Under the pieces are notes generated by a model, which was not told where the DNA came from, searched no databases, and was given only the letters and a program-made list of their open reading frames with translations. The translations under genes were made by a program, and so were the position numbers. A stretch of 24,554 nucleotides of DNA from a virus. Taxonomy: Duplodnaviria > Caudoviricetes. Shown one piece after another: positions 1 to 8,929 of this stretch. Each line of letters begins with the position of its first letter. Positions within the stretch are counted from its first letter, which is position 1. Location of the stretch: IMG/VR virus record IMGVR_UViG_3300027744_000116, positions 1-24,554 of that record; one strand, given 5' to 3'.

Positions 1-1
1 G

Positions 2-1471
2 ATGGCATTACAGCCAGAATGTGACACGGCTATTGAAGACATTGTGAATGAAGCATTAGTCTTTGATGACAGCGACTATCCAGTTCAAGTTATTTTAGAT
101 AAACTAGAACAGCCAGAATCCATTAAAAATAAAATTCGTGATGAGTTCTATTATGTGATGAAACTATTAGACTTCAACAATCAAGGATATGATATCTTTC
201 GTAGATGGTACGTAGATGGTAGACTATACTATCACATGATGATTGACGATAAGAATCCTAGACAAGGATTAAAAGAAATTCGCTACATCGACCCACGTAA
301 AATTCGCAAAGTTCGTGAAGCTAAAAAAGCACAAAAGAATCTTGCAACAGGAACTGTAAATCCAACAACAAGTTATAATGAATACTTTATCTACTCTGAT
401 AAAGGCTTTGCAAATGATGGTAATCAAGGAATTAAGATTGCACCAGACGCAATCTCGTATACACACTCTGGACTAACAGACAAAGATGGTAAAGTTATCA
501 TCTCACACCTACACAAAGCAATCAAGCCACTCAATCAATTACGTATGCTGGAAGATGCAACAGTCATCTATCGTATTGCAAGGGCACCAGAACGTAGAAT
601 CTTTTACATTGACGTAGGTAACTTGCCTAAGATGAAGGCTGAACAGTACTTGCGTGAAATCATGCAGAAGTATAAAAACAAACTAGTGTATGATGCAAAC
701 ACTGGTGAGATTCGTGACGATAGACGATATCAAACAATGCTTGAAGACTTTTGGTTGCCACGTAGAGAAGGTGGTAAAGGTACAGAGATTACTACACTAC
801 AAGGTGGGCAGAATCTTGGTGAGATTGAAGACGTATTGTATTTCCAAAAGAAAATGTTTAAGTCCTTGAACGTTCCAGTTTCACGTTTAGAGTCTGATAG
901 TGGATTCTCTTTAGGACGTGCCTCTGAAATTACTAGAGATGAATTAAAGTTTGGTAAATTTATTGCTAGACTACGTTTGAGATTTTCACATTTGTTTGAT
1001 AAGATGCTTGAAACACAACTTCTTCTTAAAGGTGTTTGCACCCGTAAAGAATGGGAACAAATGAGAGAAGAAATCAGTTATGATTTCCAATCTGATGCAC
1101 ACTTCACAGAATTAAAGAACGTTGAGATTATGAAAGAACGTTTAGGTATTCTTTCTGACATTGACAATTACGTTGGCAAGTATTTTTCTATTGGATATGT
1201 TCGCAAGAATATTCTTCAGCAATCCGAAGATGACATTAAAGAGATTGATGAACAAATGGAAGAAGAAGCCGCAGAGGCCGAAGACGATCCAGTAGAAGAG
1301 CCTATTCCACCACCTTCACCTCCACCACAACAACTTGTTGTGAGTGTGAAGAAAGAAGAAACCGAGACTAGAATAATCGATGATGCAGATCAAAGAGAAT
1401 TAGCAAAATCGATGACAGCATTTTTTGGCACATTAGTTGAAGAGGCTAAAGTTGACAAAGAAGGAAATTAA
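2..1471 (+). CDS. gp20: T4-like portal vertex protein gp20 (5'-truncated at window edge)
   Basis: Hallmark gp20 motifs RRWYVDGR, YIDPRKI, HLHKAIKPLNQLRMLED, RAPERRIFYIDVGNLPK, MLEDFWLPRREGGKGTEITTL, GRASEITRDELKF; acidic/Pro-rich C-terminal tail. Confidence 0.98.
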   Translation: MALQPECDTAIEDIVNEALVFDDSDYPVQVILDKLEQPESIKNKIRDEFYYVMKLLDFNNQGYDIFRRWYVDGRLYYHMMIDDKNPRQGLKEIRYIDPRKIRKVREAKKAQKNLATGTVNPTTSYNEYFIYSDKGFANDGNQGIKIAPDAISYTHSGLTDKDGKVIISHLHKAIKPLNQLRMLEDATVIYRIARAPERRIFYIDVGNLPKMKAEQYLREIMQKYKNKLVYDANTGEIRDDRRYQTMLEDFWLPRREGGKGTEITTLQGGQNLGEIEDVLYFQKKMFKSLNVPVSRLESDSGFSLGRASEITRDELKFGKFIARLRLRFSHLFDKMLETQLLLKGVCTRKEWEQMREEISYDFQSDAHFTELKNVEIMKERLGILSDIDNYVGKYFSIGYVRKNILQQSEDDIKEIDEQMEEEAAEAEDDPVEEPIPPPSPPPQQLVVSVKKEETETRIIDDADQRELAKSMTAFFGTLVEEAKVDKEGN

Positions 1472-2825
1472 TACAACCCTAAACGATGCTGTTGCAATTG
1501 CAACCTCTGTTGCATATACTAAAAAAGAAGTACAGAAACTAAAAACAGAATTAGTATCTTTTTTAGAAGAAAAAACAAAACAGCCAATCGTTGAGTATAT
1601 ACAAGGACCCGCAGGCACACAAGGCTTGCGAGGTTCTATTGGTGCTACTGGCGCACAAGGCGAACGTGGACCACAAGGTTTAGCTGGTGAAACAGGACCA
1701 CAAGGCGACAAAGGCCAAAGCGGTCCACAAGGTAATATGGGGCTTGAAGGTCCACGTGGGCTTAAAGGAGACAAAGGCGATAAAGGCGAACAGGGCGAAG
1801 TTGGTCCTCAAGGCGAACAAGGAATACAAGGCGTTGCTGGTGAACGTGGTCCGGAAGGACTGAAAGGCGATAGGGGCGCAGATGGACAAAATGGTTTGGA
1901 CGGAAAAGATGGAGAAGCAGGCAGAATTGGTTCCGTTGGACCAATTGGCGCCCAAGGTATTCAAGGTGAGCGAGGTGCCAAAGGCGACAGAGGTGAGCGA
2001 GGCCAGAACGGCCGAGATGGAACACAAGGACCAGCAGGACCAACAGGTGAAATTGGACCGCAAGGCATTCAAGGTATTCCAGGTAAGGATGGTAAAGAAC
2101 CAGACTTAAAAGCTATTGAACAATCTGTCAATCAGTTTAAAGAAGTCTTACAAAAAGATGTAACTCAGTATAAAGCAAAAGTAAATACAATTTTATCGGA
2201 TCGTGGCGGTGGTGGCGGAGGTGGTGGTGGTGAAGTTAATCTACGCAGACTTGATGATGTTGATATCACTAATCTTACTGATGGATATGTTTTAGCATTT
2301 AATGAATCTACACAGAAATTTGAATTTGTAGCACAATCTGGTGGCGGTGGTGGTACAATAGATACATTTGCAAGAACAAGAGCAAACACGGCTTTTACCC
2401 AAGCAAACTCTGCTTTTGCACAAGCTAACACAGCAACAACATTAGCACAAGCCGCTTACAATCAAGCCAATACAGGTGGTGGTGCATCCGAATCTTTGAA
2501 TGTTATTTTCACTAATAGTAACGCAACTTCATATAAAATGGTTGCGTTAAATTCAAATGGCGAAACAATTCTTGCTTCTGCATTACAATTGACACAAGTT
2601 GATAAAATTCTTGGTGTTTTAAATAACTCTGGACAAACAATTACGTTTGGATCTATCACAAATGCATCTTGGACTTGGACTCCCGAACAGTCGTTATATC
2701 TTGGAGATAATGGCAATATAGTAACAACTTCTACTATCGATGGTGCGACATTTTCTTTAAAAATTGGATACGCAATTTCATCAACAAAAGCATTTATAAA
2801 AATCGGCACTCCGGTTGTTTTATAA
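1452..2825 (+). CDS. Collagen-like fibre protein (coiled coil - 55 Gly-X-Y - Gly linkers - ANxA heptads - C-terminal beta domain)
   Basis: Uninterrupted Gly-X-Y at 1605-2099; GGGGGGGGEVNLRRLDDVD motif; likely start is TTG 1452 with GAGG at 1442-1445 (track start 1437 is in the same frame). Confidence 0.85.
   Translation: MTKKEINTTLNDAVAIATSVAYTKKEVQKLKTELVSFLEEKTKQPIVEYIQGPAGTQGLRGSIGATGAQGERGPQGLAGETGPQGDKGQSGPQGNMGLEGPRGLKGDKGDKGEQGEVGPQGEQGIQGVAGERGPEGLKGDRGADGQNGLDGKDGEAGRIGSVGPIGAQGIQGERGAKGDRGERGQNGRDGTQGPAGPTGEIGPQGIQGIPGKDGKEPDLKAIEQSVNQFKEVLQKDVTQYKAKVNTILSDRGGGGGGGGGEVNLRRLDDVDITNLTDGYVLAFNESTQKFEFVAQSGGGGGTIDTFARTRANTAFTQANSAFAQANTATTLAQAAYNQANTGGGASESLNVIFTNSNATSYKMVALNSNGETILASALQLTQVDKILGVLNNSGQTITFGSITNASWTWTPEQSLYLGDNGNIVTTSTIDGATFSLKIGYAISSTKAFIKIGTPVVL
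1605..2099 (+). repeat. Collagen triple-helix repeat, 55 Gly-X-Y triplets
   Basis: Counted from GPA GTQ GLR to GIP GKD GKE with no interruption. Confidence 0.95.
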
Positions 2826-2828
2826 ATA
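2821..2828 (+). promoter_or_regulatory. T4-type late promoter TATAAATA
   Basis: Exact gp55 consensus overlapping the collagen stop codon, upstream of ORF 2860. Confidence 0.8.
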
Positions 2829-2859
2829 GGTAAATCATAAAATTTAATAGGGGAAACAT

Positions 2860-3261
2860 ATGGCAAACGCACTTTATTCTAAAGCAAAAGAAGCATTTTT
2901 AAATGCTTCAATAAACATGGTAGCAAATACCGTTACTATAGCACTTGTTGACACTGGTGTCTATACTTATAGCGCATCACATCAATATCGAAATGAGGTG
3001 TCAAATAGTGCTATAATATCAAGTACATCACTATCAAGTAAAACCGTTACCAATGGAGTTTTTGATGCCGATGATGCAACATTCACATCCGTTACTGGTG
3101 CAAATTGTGAAGCATTATTAATATTTCAAGATACGGGAGTACAATCTACTTCTAGGTTAATTGCATACATTGATAGCGCAACTGGTTTGCCAATTCTGCC
3201 TAATGGCGGTGATATCACAGTAGTCTTCTCTAGCGGATCAAGTAAAATTTTTGCTCTTTAA
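2860..3261 (+). CDS. Virion structural protein resembling siphovirus/actinophage minor tail proteins
   Basis: MANALYSKAKEAFL...GVFDADDATFTSVTG...LIAYIDSATGLPILPNGGDITVVFSSGSSKIFAL matches, from memory, a widespread ~130-aa phage family; RBS AGGGGA; late promoter upstream. Confidence 0.65.
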   Translation: MANALYSKAKEAFLNASINMVANTVTIALVDTGVYTYSASHQYRNEVSNSAIISSTSLSSKTVTNGVFDADDATFTSVTGANCEALLIFQDTGVQSTSRLIAYIDSATGLPILPNGGDITVVFSSGSSKIFAL

Positions 3262-3281
3262 TTTTTGATATAAATTAAATC

Positions 3282-4493
3282 ATGGCCAATACTACGTTTG
3301 ATAGTACAAATAAAACATTTGATAATCAAACTTTAACTTTCGGACTAGAACTACTTTCTCAAAAGATTGTTTTGGGCGTTGCATTATCGGAATTTGCTAA
3401 TACGCTTTTATCGGCACAACAAGATACATCGATAATACAATTCATAGACACCAACGATAAAGCAATTGACTCTACGGTAGAGATTCCGAACACGCATCAT
3501 GTATACATAAATGTTAGACAGAATTTATATCTTTCTGATAACTTATTTTGTGTTGAAAATGTAGCAATTCAAGCATATCAGTCAAATACTATTCAACAAG
3601 GTATTGATAGTCTTGACTCCTCTGTTGCAAGTGGACTTTCTTTTGGAGTAGGCAATTTATTTGTTCAGATACATCCAAATTCAGGTGAATCTACACTTGC
3701 ATTTGGTTCATCACAATTAAATTCAATAATTTATGCACAGTCTATAGAGTCTACTGTGTCATATGGTGAAGATGCATTAAAATTATATGTTACTCCTACT
3801 ACATTATCATCTACATTATTATTTGGCGATGCACAAATAAACAGTAAAATATATTCTAATTCTGTTTCATCTACACTTGAATTTGGTTCATCACAATTAA
3901 ATTCAATAATTTATGCAGAAAGTGCAGAATCAACAGTTTCATTTGGTTCTGTTGAAAACTTAAACTTCACAGTAAATGTAAATTCCGTAAATTCTGAATT
4001 AAGTTTTGGCACCCTTTCTGTTGTGCCATTGGTGGCGCCACAGTCAGTTACGACACAGAATAGTTTTGGAACGCCTAAATTAAATTCTATATTATATGCA
4101 AATTCATATGAATCTGCTATCGCATTTGGTGTTCCTCAGATCAATATGGAAATTGATGATGTTCCGTTTCCTTCAATTACTTCTACTGTAGTAATACCGA
4201 ATCCAAGCGTTAGATTTAATATTAATCCGCTAAGTATAGCAACGACTGCCAATTTTGGTACTGCTACGTTTATTGACAACATTCACAGAATGCTTGTTTT
4301 TAAAGATGACAACATTTCTAAGATTGGCGATAATGATGCTGGCGTTGTAGCTGGAGGAATAAGAATTAATCCATCAAGTGCTGTCGCAAACACCGCTATT
4401 GCAGGAGATTTCACGGTACCAAATAATGCGGCCGGTTTTGTGTCGATAAATATTGCAGGTAAAGATTACCTAATGCCGTTTTTCAATGCCTAA
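3282..4493 (+). CDS. Ser/Thr-rich structural protein with ~10 tandem 20-aa repeats (S-x-x-S-T-x-x-F-G)
   Basis: Repeats such as IYAQSIESTVSYGEDALKLY and IYSNSVSSTLEFGSSQLNSI; C-terminal fibre-like tip (AAGFVSINIAGKDYLMPFFNA). Confidence 0.65.
   Translation: MANTTFDSTNKTFDNQTLTFGLELLSQKIVLGVALSEFANTLLSAQQDTSIIQFIDTNDKAIDSTVEIPNTHHVYINVRQNLYLSDNLFCVENVAIQAYQSNTIQQGIDSLDSSVASGLSFGVGNLFVQIHPNSGESTLAFGSSQLNSIIYAQSIESTVSYGEDALKLYVTPTTLSSTLLFGDAQINSKIYSNSVSSTLEFGSSQLNSIIYAESAESTVSFGSVENLNFTVNVNSVNSELSFGTLSVVPLVAPQSVTTQNSFGTPKLNSILYANSYESAIAFGVPQINMEIDDVPFPSITSTVVIPNPSVRFNINPLSIATTANFGTATFIDNIHRMLVFKDDNISKIGDNDAGVVAGGIRINPSSAVANTAIAGDFTVPNNAAGFVSINIAGKDYLMPFFNA
3689..3917 (+). repeat. 49-bp direct repeat (3689-3737 and 3869-3917), 1 mismatch, 180-bp spacing
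   Basis: atctacacttg(c/a)atttggttcatcacaattaaattcaataatttatgca occurs twice. Confidence 0.9.
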
Positions 4494-4505
4494 AAAAATG
4501 GTAAT

Positions 4506-4513
4506 TATAAATA
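4506..4513 (+). promoter_or_regulatory. T4-type late promoter TATAAATA
   Basis: Exact consensus, intergenic, ahead of AGGAG RBS and ORF 4540. Confidence 0.85.
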
Positions 4514-4539
4514 ATACAGAAACCTAATAGGAGTATACT

Positions 4540-4773
4540 ATGGAAAATGTACAAACAGCAATTCAACATGCGTATGATGCAAAACCTTCAGAATTTAAAA
4601 GCGCAATTCTTGACGCATTAAATGATAAAATTGCGGATCATGTATCTGCAAGAAAAATGGAATTAGCTGGTTCAATTTTTAGAGATGATGATGACGAAGA
4701 ACAACAACAATCAAATGATTTAGAAACCGAGTTTCAATCAAGTTCAGAAGGAAATGTAGATGAAGACCTTTAA
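4540..4773 (+). CDS. Prohead core protein, gp67-like
   Basis: Small helical protein with acidic tail between portal and protease; RBS AGGAG; synteny with T4 gp67. Confidence 0.55.
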   Translation: MENVQTAIQHAYDAKPSEFKSAILDALNDKIADHVSARKMELAGSIFRDDDDEEQQQSNDLETEFQSSSEGNVDEDL

Positions 4774-5230
4774 ATCTTTCATTCAGTCGGATGAAATCAA
4801 CAAGCAAGCATTTGATGAAAGCGATGCATACGACAAAGACGTTAAGGCTAGTCCGAAACCGCATGACAAAGAAGCCGCAGCCCAACGTGCAAAGCTAGCC
4901 GCACTAGCCGCTAGAAAGAAAATGATGACGAACAAAATGAGTGAAGCTGAAAGTCATCAGTCTAAGACTACAATGAAGCACATTGATAAACCAAATGCCG
5001 CCGAAAAAGAAGCGGCCAAACGTATCAAACCCGGTATTAAAGGTATTAGAGATAGATTTGCAATGCTTCAAGCCGCAAAAAATCGTGGTGCTTTAAAGAA
5101 CGAAGATGTTGATTTACTTTCTAATCTTTACGATCAGTTAGACGAAAGCAATCAAGAAATCTTTTTGGCACAGTTAGAAGAAGATGTTGAAGTACTTTTA
5201 GCATTTGCAAAAACTATAGCGGAAGAATAA
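4760..5230 (+). CDS. Putative head internal/core protein
   Basis: N-terminus MKTFKSFIQSDE resembles T4 capsid-targeting sequences; charged helical protein in the head module. Confidence 0.5.
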   Translation: MKTFKSFIQSDEINKQAFDESDAYDKDVKASPKPHDKEAAAQRAKLAALAARKKMMTNKMSEAESHQSKTTMKHIDKPNAAEKEAAKRIKPGIKGIRDRFAMLQAAKNRGALKNEDVDLLSNLYDQLDESNQEIFLAQLEEDVEVLLAFAKTIAEE

Positions 5231-5231
5231 A

Positions 5232-5696
5232 ATGGCAGATACCGTAACATCACAAACGCTAAAAGATAGCGCATCAACATGGGCAGTTAAGTTAACTAAT
5301 GTGTCGGATGGCACTGGCGAAACAAACGTTGTTAAAGTTTCCGCAAACACATTAATTGCATCCACTGGTGATGCAAGTTCACAAAGACTTAGCATTAATA
5401 AAATTGCATGGTCTGTTGCATCAGGAACAAGCGCAACAATTTCTCCAAGAGTTACATTACTCTGGAGAGGAACATCAAACACTACAATTGTTACGTTAAC
5501 AGGTTCTGGTTTTTGGGATCTAACAACTGCTGGTCAATGCCCACTCACAAACAATGCTGGCGCTGGCGCCAATGGCGACATTCTATTGTCTACCGCTGGG
5601 TTTACTGCATCGGCTGCATATACAGTTATTATTGAAGGTAAGAAGACTGCTGGATATTCTAGCAGAGAAACTACTGATGATGGGGTAAGCCCATAA
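5232..5696 (+). CDS. Conserved hypothetical virion protein of aquatic T4-like phages
   Basis: MADTVTSQTL...KLTNVSDGTGE...NNAGAGANGDILLST family, recognised from memory; lies in the late head cluster. Confidence 0.6.
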   Translation: MADTVTSQTLKDSASTWAVKLTNVSDGTGETNVVKVSANTLIASTGDASSQRLSINKIAWSVASGTSATISPRVTLLWRGTSNTTIVTLTGSGFWDLTTAGQCPLTNNAGAGANGDILLSTAGFTASAAYTVIIEGKKTAGYSSRETTDDGVSP

Positions 5697-5697
5697 T

Positions 5698-5988
5698 ATG
5701 TTAAAATTTAAAGATTTTATATCTTTGTCAGAAGAAGAAATGGACGAAGCACGATTTGCAAAAATTAATCGTGTTCGGGCTGGTCAAGTACAAAGAAGAA
5801 AACTTGTCTCTTTGACTCCTGGATATAAAGTCATTGGGGGAAAACTTGTAAGAATGTCTTCACAAGAAAAAATGCATCGCAGAATTGCACAGCGCAAAGC
5901 GGCAAGAAAACGTGCCCCAAAAATGGCAATGATTCTCAGAAAGAGAACCAAATCAAATAAAAAAAGAACATCGGCGGGAATCAAATGA
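5698..5988 (+). CDS. Basic prohead core protein, gp68-like
   Basis: Highly Arg/Lys-rich (RRIAQRKAARKR), immediately upstream of gp21 with ATGA overlap, as gp68 is in T4. Confidence 0.6.
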   Translation: MLKFKDFISLSEEEMDEARFAKINRVRAGQVQRRKLVSLTPGYKVIGGKLVRMSSQEKMHRRIAQRKAARKRAPKMAMILRKRTKSNKKRTSAGIK

Positions 5989-6635
5989 AACTAATCACAG
6001 AAATTAATGAACAAGTAAATATTATCACCGAAGCTAATGAAGCTGGCGGCAGAAATTTCTATATCGAAGGCGTTTTCATGCAAGCAGAACAGAAGAATCG
6101 TAATGGAAGAATGTATCCATTAGACGTTTTGCAAAAAGAAACAGAGCGATATGTTACGGAGAATGTGATGAAGAATCGTGCTTATGGTGAGTTGGGACAT
6201 CCAGATGGTCCAGCAATCAACTTAGAGCGTGTATCACACATTACTAAGAGTTTGCGTCAAGAAGGAAACAACTTCATTGGCAAAGCAAAGATCATGGACA
6301 CTCCATACGGTAATATTGTAAAAAATTTGATGGCTGAAGGCGCAACATTAGGCGTATCTACAAGAGGATTAGGTAGTCTTGTAGAAGGAAAAGATGGAAC
6401 TAAAGTTGTTGGTAACGATTTTTATCTTGCAACATGTGCAGATATCGTAGCCGATCCTTCAGCACCAGATGCGTATGTACGTGGAATTATGGAAAACAAA
6501 GCATGGGTTTGGGATAACGGAATCATTAGGGAAGCTGATATCTCAACGCAAAAACAAGTTATCGAAAAGTCTTCTAAGAAAGATTTAGAAGAAAACATGA
6601 TAAAAGTTTTCAAAGATTTTCTCTCCAAACTATAA
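5985..6635 (+). CDS. gp21: Prohead core protease gp21
   Basis: MKLITE, YIEGVFMQAEQKNRNGRMYP, AYGELGHP, GVSTRGLGS, DIVADPSAPDAYV. Confidence 0.97.
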   Translation: MKLITEINEQVNIITEANEAGGRNFYIEGVFMQAEQKNRNGRMYPLDVLQKETERYVTENVMKNRAYGELGHPDGPAINLERVSHITKSLRQEGNNFIGKAKIMDTPYGNIVKNLMAEGATLGVSTRGLGSLVEGKDGTKVVGNDFYLATCADIVADPSAPDAYVRGIMENKAWVWDNGIIREADISTQKQVIEKSSKKDLEENMIKVFKDFLSKL

Positions 6636-6640
6636 TTTCT

Positions 6641-6648
6641 TATAAATA
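6641..6648 (+). promoter_or_regulatory. T4-type late promoter TATAAATA
   Basis: Exact consensus upstream of gp22. Confidence 0.85.
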
Positions 6649-6693
6649 CATGTACACCAAATAAATTTCAAATATCATACAAAGGAGACTGCT

Positions 6694-7467
6694 ATGACAG
6701 AACAAGTAAAAGAGGACGACAGCACTATTGAAGAAAAAAAGTTAGATGTTGATACAGACATTAACGCTATTTTTTCTGGAGAAAGTCTATCTGAAGAATT
6801 CAAAACTAATGCAAAAGTAATTTTCGAAGCGGCTATCACGGCTAAAGTAGAAGAAGCAAAGATTGCATTGGAAGAAGAATATGCAGAAAAATTAGAAACA
6901 GAAGTTGCTTCTATCAACGAAAACCTCGTTACAAAAGTAGATGAATACTTAGAGTACGTTGTCGGCGAGTGGATGGAAGAAAACAAACTTGCTGTTGAAA
7001 CAGGTATTAAAGCCGAATTGGTTGAAGACTTTATGATTGGTCTTAAGAACTTATTCACAGAACATTATGTTGATATTCCAGAAGATAAAATTAATGTTGT
7101 TGAGGAATTTGCAGAAAAAGTCGAAACTCTTGAATCTGAATTAGATAAAGTTGTTACGGAAAATGCAAACTTAAACGCACAAATTGGTATTTACAAGAAA
7201 GACCAAATCGTGTCTGAAGTTTCCGAAGGACTTAGCGAAATTCAATTTGCAAAATTAAAATCTTTAGCAGAAGGAATTGAATTTGTTTCTGAACAAGACT
7301 ACAAAGAAAAACTTCTTTTAACAAAAAAGAAATATTTTGATGATACGACAGAAGAGACAGTTAAAAAAGTGGCACCAATGGATGACGACATTTCTTCATT
7401 AGAAGAATCTTTTTCGCCAGTAATGTCTCACTATGTACAGAATATTTCTAGAACCCTCAAGAAATAA
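6694..7467 (+). CDS. gp22: Prohead core scaffolding protein gp22
   Basis: LSEEFKTNAKVIFEAA, VDEYLEYVVGEWMEENKLAVETGIKAE, LKNLFTEHYVDIP; acidic coiled coil; RBS AAGGAG. Confidence 0.95.
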   Translation: MTEQVKEDDSTIEEKKLDVDTDINAIFSGESLSEEFKTNAKVIFEAAITAKVEEAKIALEEEYAEKLETEVASINENLVTKVDEYLEYVVGEWMEENKLAVETGIKAELVEDFMIGLKNLFTEHYVDIPEDKINVVEEFAEKVETLESELDKVVTENANLNAQIGIYKKDQIVSEVSEGLSEIQFAKLKSLAEGIEFVSEQDYKEKLLLTKKKYFDDTTEETVKKVAPMDDDISSLEESFSPVMSHYVQNISRTLKK

Positions 7468-7472
7468 GTTTT

Positions 7473-7480
7473 TATAAATA
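7473..7480 (+). promoter_or_regulatory. T4-type late promoter TATAAATA
   Basis: Exact consensus upstream of gp23. Confidence 0.88.
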
Positions 7481-7508
7481 AATTAAACAATACTCAAAGG
7501 AGAAAAAC

Positions 7509-8837
7509 ATGAGCGTAGAAAATCTTTTAAAAAAATGGGCACCAGTTCTTGACCATTCAGAATTACCTGGAATTCAAGGCAGCCACAAGCGTTCCGTAAC
7601 AGCGCAACTTCTTGAGAATCAAGAAATTGCTTGTCGCCAAGATGCACATGGTTCTGGTGGTTATCGCAACCAAACATCATTGTTGTCTGAAGCATCCCCT
7701 GCCAATAACATGGGCGCATCTTCATCTACAGCAGGCGATGGCGCAGTAGACATTTATGATCCAGTTTTAATCAGCTTGGTTCGCCGTGCGGCACCTAACT
7801 TGATCGCTTACGACATTTGCGGTGTTCAGCCAATGACAGGTCCAACAGGCTTGATCTTTGCAATGCGTTCACGCTACAAAACACAAGGTGGTACAGAAGC
7901 CTTGTTCAACGAAGCCAACACAGCATTCCCTAACACAGCACAATCACAAACAGGTGCATCACCTGCTGATTTGTCTGCTGGTACAGAGTACACACGTGGT
8001 ACTGGTTTCACAACAGCAGAAGCTGAAGCATTAGGCGATGGCGCTGGTCAAGCATTCCAAGAGATGGCATTCTCTATTGAAAAAGTTGCTGTTACTGCAC
8101 GTAGCCGTGCTTTAAAAGCAGAATACACAATGGAATTAGCACAAGACTTGAAAGCAGTTCATGGTTTGGACGCTGAACAAGAATTGGCTAACATTCTTTC
8201 TACAGAAATCTTAGCTGAAATTAATCGTGAAGTTGTTCGTACAATTAACTTGTCTGCTACAGTTGGCGCACAAGAGAACGTTACAACTGCTGGTACTTTC
8301 AACCTTGACGTTGACTCTAACGGTCGTTGGTCTGTTGAGAAGTTCAAAGGTTTGATGTTCCAATTAGAACGTGAAGCTAATGCAATTGCTAAAGCAACTC
8401 GTAGAGGTAAAGGTAATGTGTTACTATGCTCTTCTGACGTAGCATCTGCATTGCAAATGGCTGGTGTATTAGATTATACTCCTGCTTTGAGCAATTCATT
8501 GAATGTTGACGATACAGGTAACACATTCGTTGGTGTATTGAATGGTCGTTTCAAAGTTTATATCGATCCATACTTTGCCGCAACATCTGGCACACACTAT
8601 GCAACAATCGGTTACAAAGGCACTTCAGCTTTTGACGCTGGTTTGTTCTACTGCCCATACGTTCCGTTGCAAATGGTTCGTGCAGTTGGTCAAGATTCTT
8701 TCCAACCAAAAATTGGATTCAAGACTCGTTACGGCATGGTCGCAAACCCATTCGCAACATCTGCCGCTGACGGTACAATCTCGTTCGCTAACAAGAACGT
8801 GTACTATCGTAGAATTAGCATCACTAACTTGATGTAA
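7509..8837 (+). CDS. gp23: Major capsid protein gp23
   Basis: KWAPVLD, LLENQE, DPVLISLVRR, GVQPMTGPTGLIFAMRSRY, SRALKAEYTMELAQDLKAVHGLDAE, FYCPYVPL, FQPKIGFKTRYG. Confidence 0.99.
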   Translation: MSVENLLKKWAPVLDHSELPGIQGSHKRSVTAQLLENQEIACRQDAHGSGGYRNQTSLLSEASPANNMGASSSTAGDGAVDIYDPVLISLVRRAAPNLIAYDICGVQPMTGPTGLIFAMRSRYKTQGGTEALFNEANTAFPNTAQSQTGASPADLSAGTEYTRGTGFTTAEAEALGDGAGQAFQEMAFSIEKVAVTARSRALKAEYTMELAQDLKAVHGLDAEQELANILSTEILAEINREVVRTINLSATVGAQENVTTAGTFNLDVDSNGRWSVEKFKGLMFQLEREANAIAKATRRGKGNVLLCSSDVASALQMAGVLDYTPALSNSLNVDDTGNTFVGVLNGRFKVYIDPYFAATSGTHYATIGYKGTSAFDAGLFYCPYVPLQMVRAVGQDSFQPKIGFKTRYGMVANPFATSAADGTISFANKNVYYRRISITNLM

Positions 8838-8869
8838 TTGATTAAGCCGAGACTACATCGGTATTTAAG

Positions 8870-8895
8870 AGAGGACCTTAGGGTCCTCTTTTTTT
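8870..8895 (+). terminator. Rho-independent terminator after gp23
   Basis: AGAGGACC-TTAG-GGTCCTCT hairpin followed by a T run. Confidence 0.9.
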
Positions 8896-8901
8896 GTCTA
8901 T

Positions 8902-8909
8902 CATAAATA
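8902..8909 (+). promoter_or_regulatory. Variant late promoter CATAAATA
   Basis: One mismatch to TATAAATA, just after the terminator and ahead of the GAGGAG RBS of gp3. Confidence 0.6.
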
Positions 8910-8929
8910 GATGACAAGAGGAGATAAAC

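Noticed and set aside
1437-1471. Programmed frameshift fusing portal to collagen
   Set aside because: No convincing slippery site or stimulatory structure; an independent GAGG + TTG start explains the overlap
1605-2099. Idea that the 2OG-Fe(II) oxygenases are prolyl hydroxylases for the collagen fibre
   Set aside because: Pro is almost only in the X position (a single Y-position Pro, GIP), and the oxygenases lie 14-18 kb away in a nucleotide-related operon; not excluded but unsupported
3689-3917. Direct repeats as a CRISPR array or DGR template/variable repeat
   Set aside because: Only two copies, in frame inside one coding repeat protein; no spacers, and no cas or reverse transcriptase gene in the window
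8846-8862. Small hairpin CCGA-gactaca-TCGG between the gp23 stop and the terminator
   Set aside because: A 4-5 bp stem is too weak to call as an RNA element
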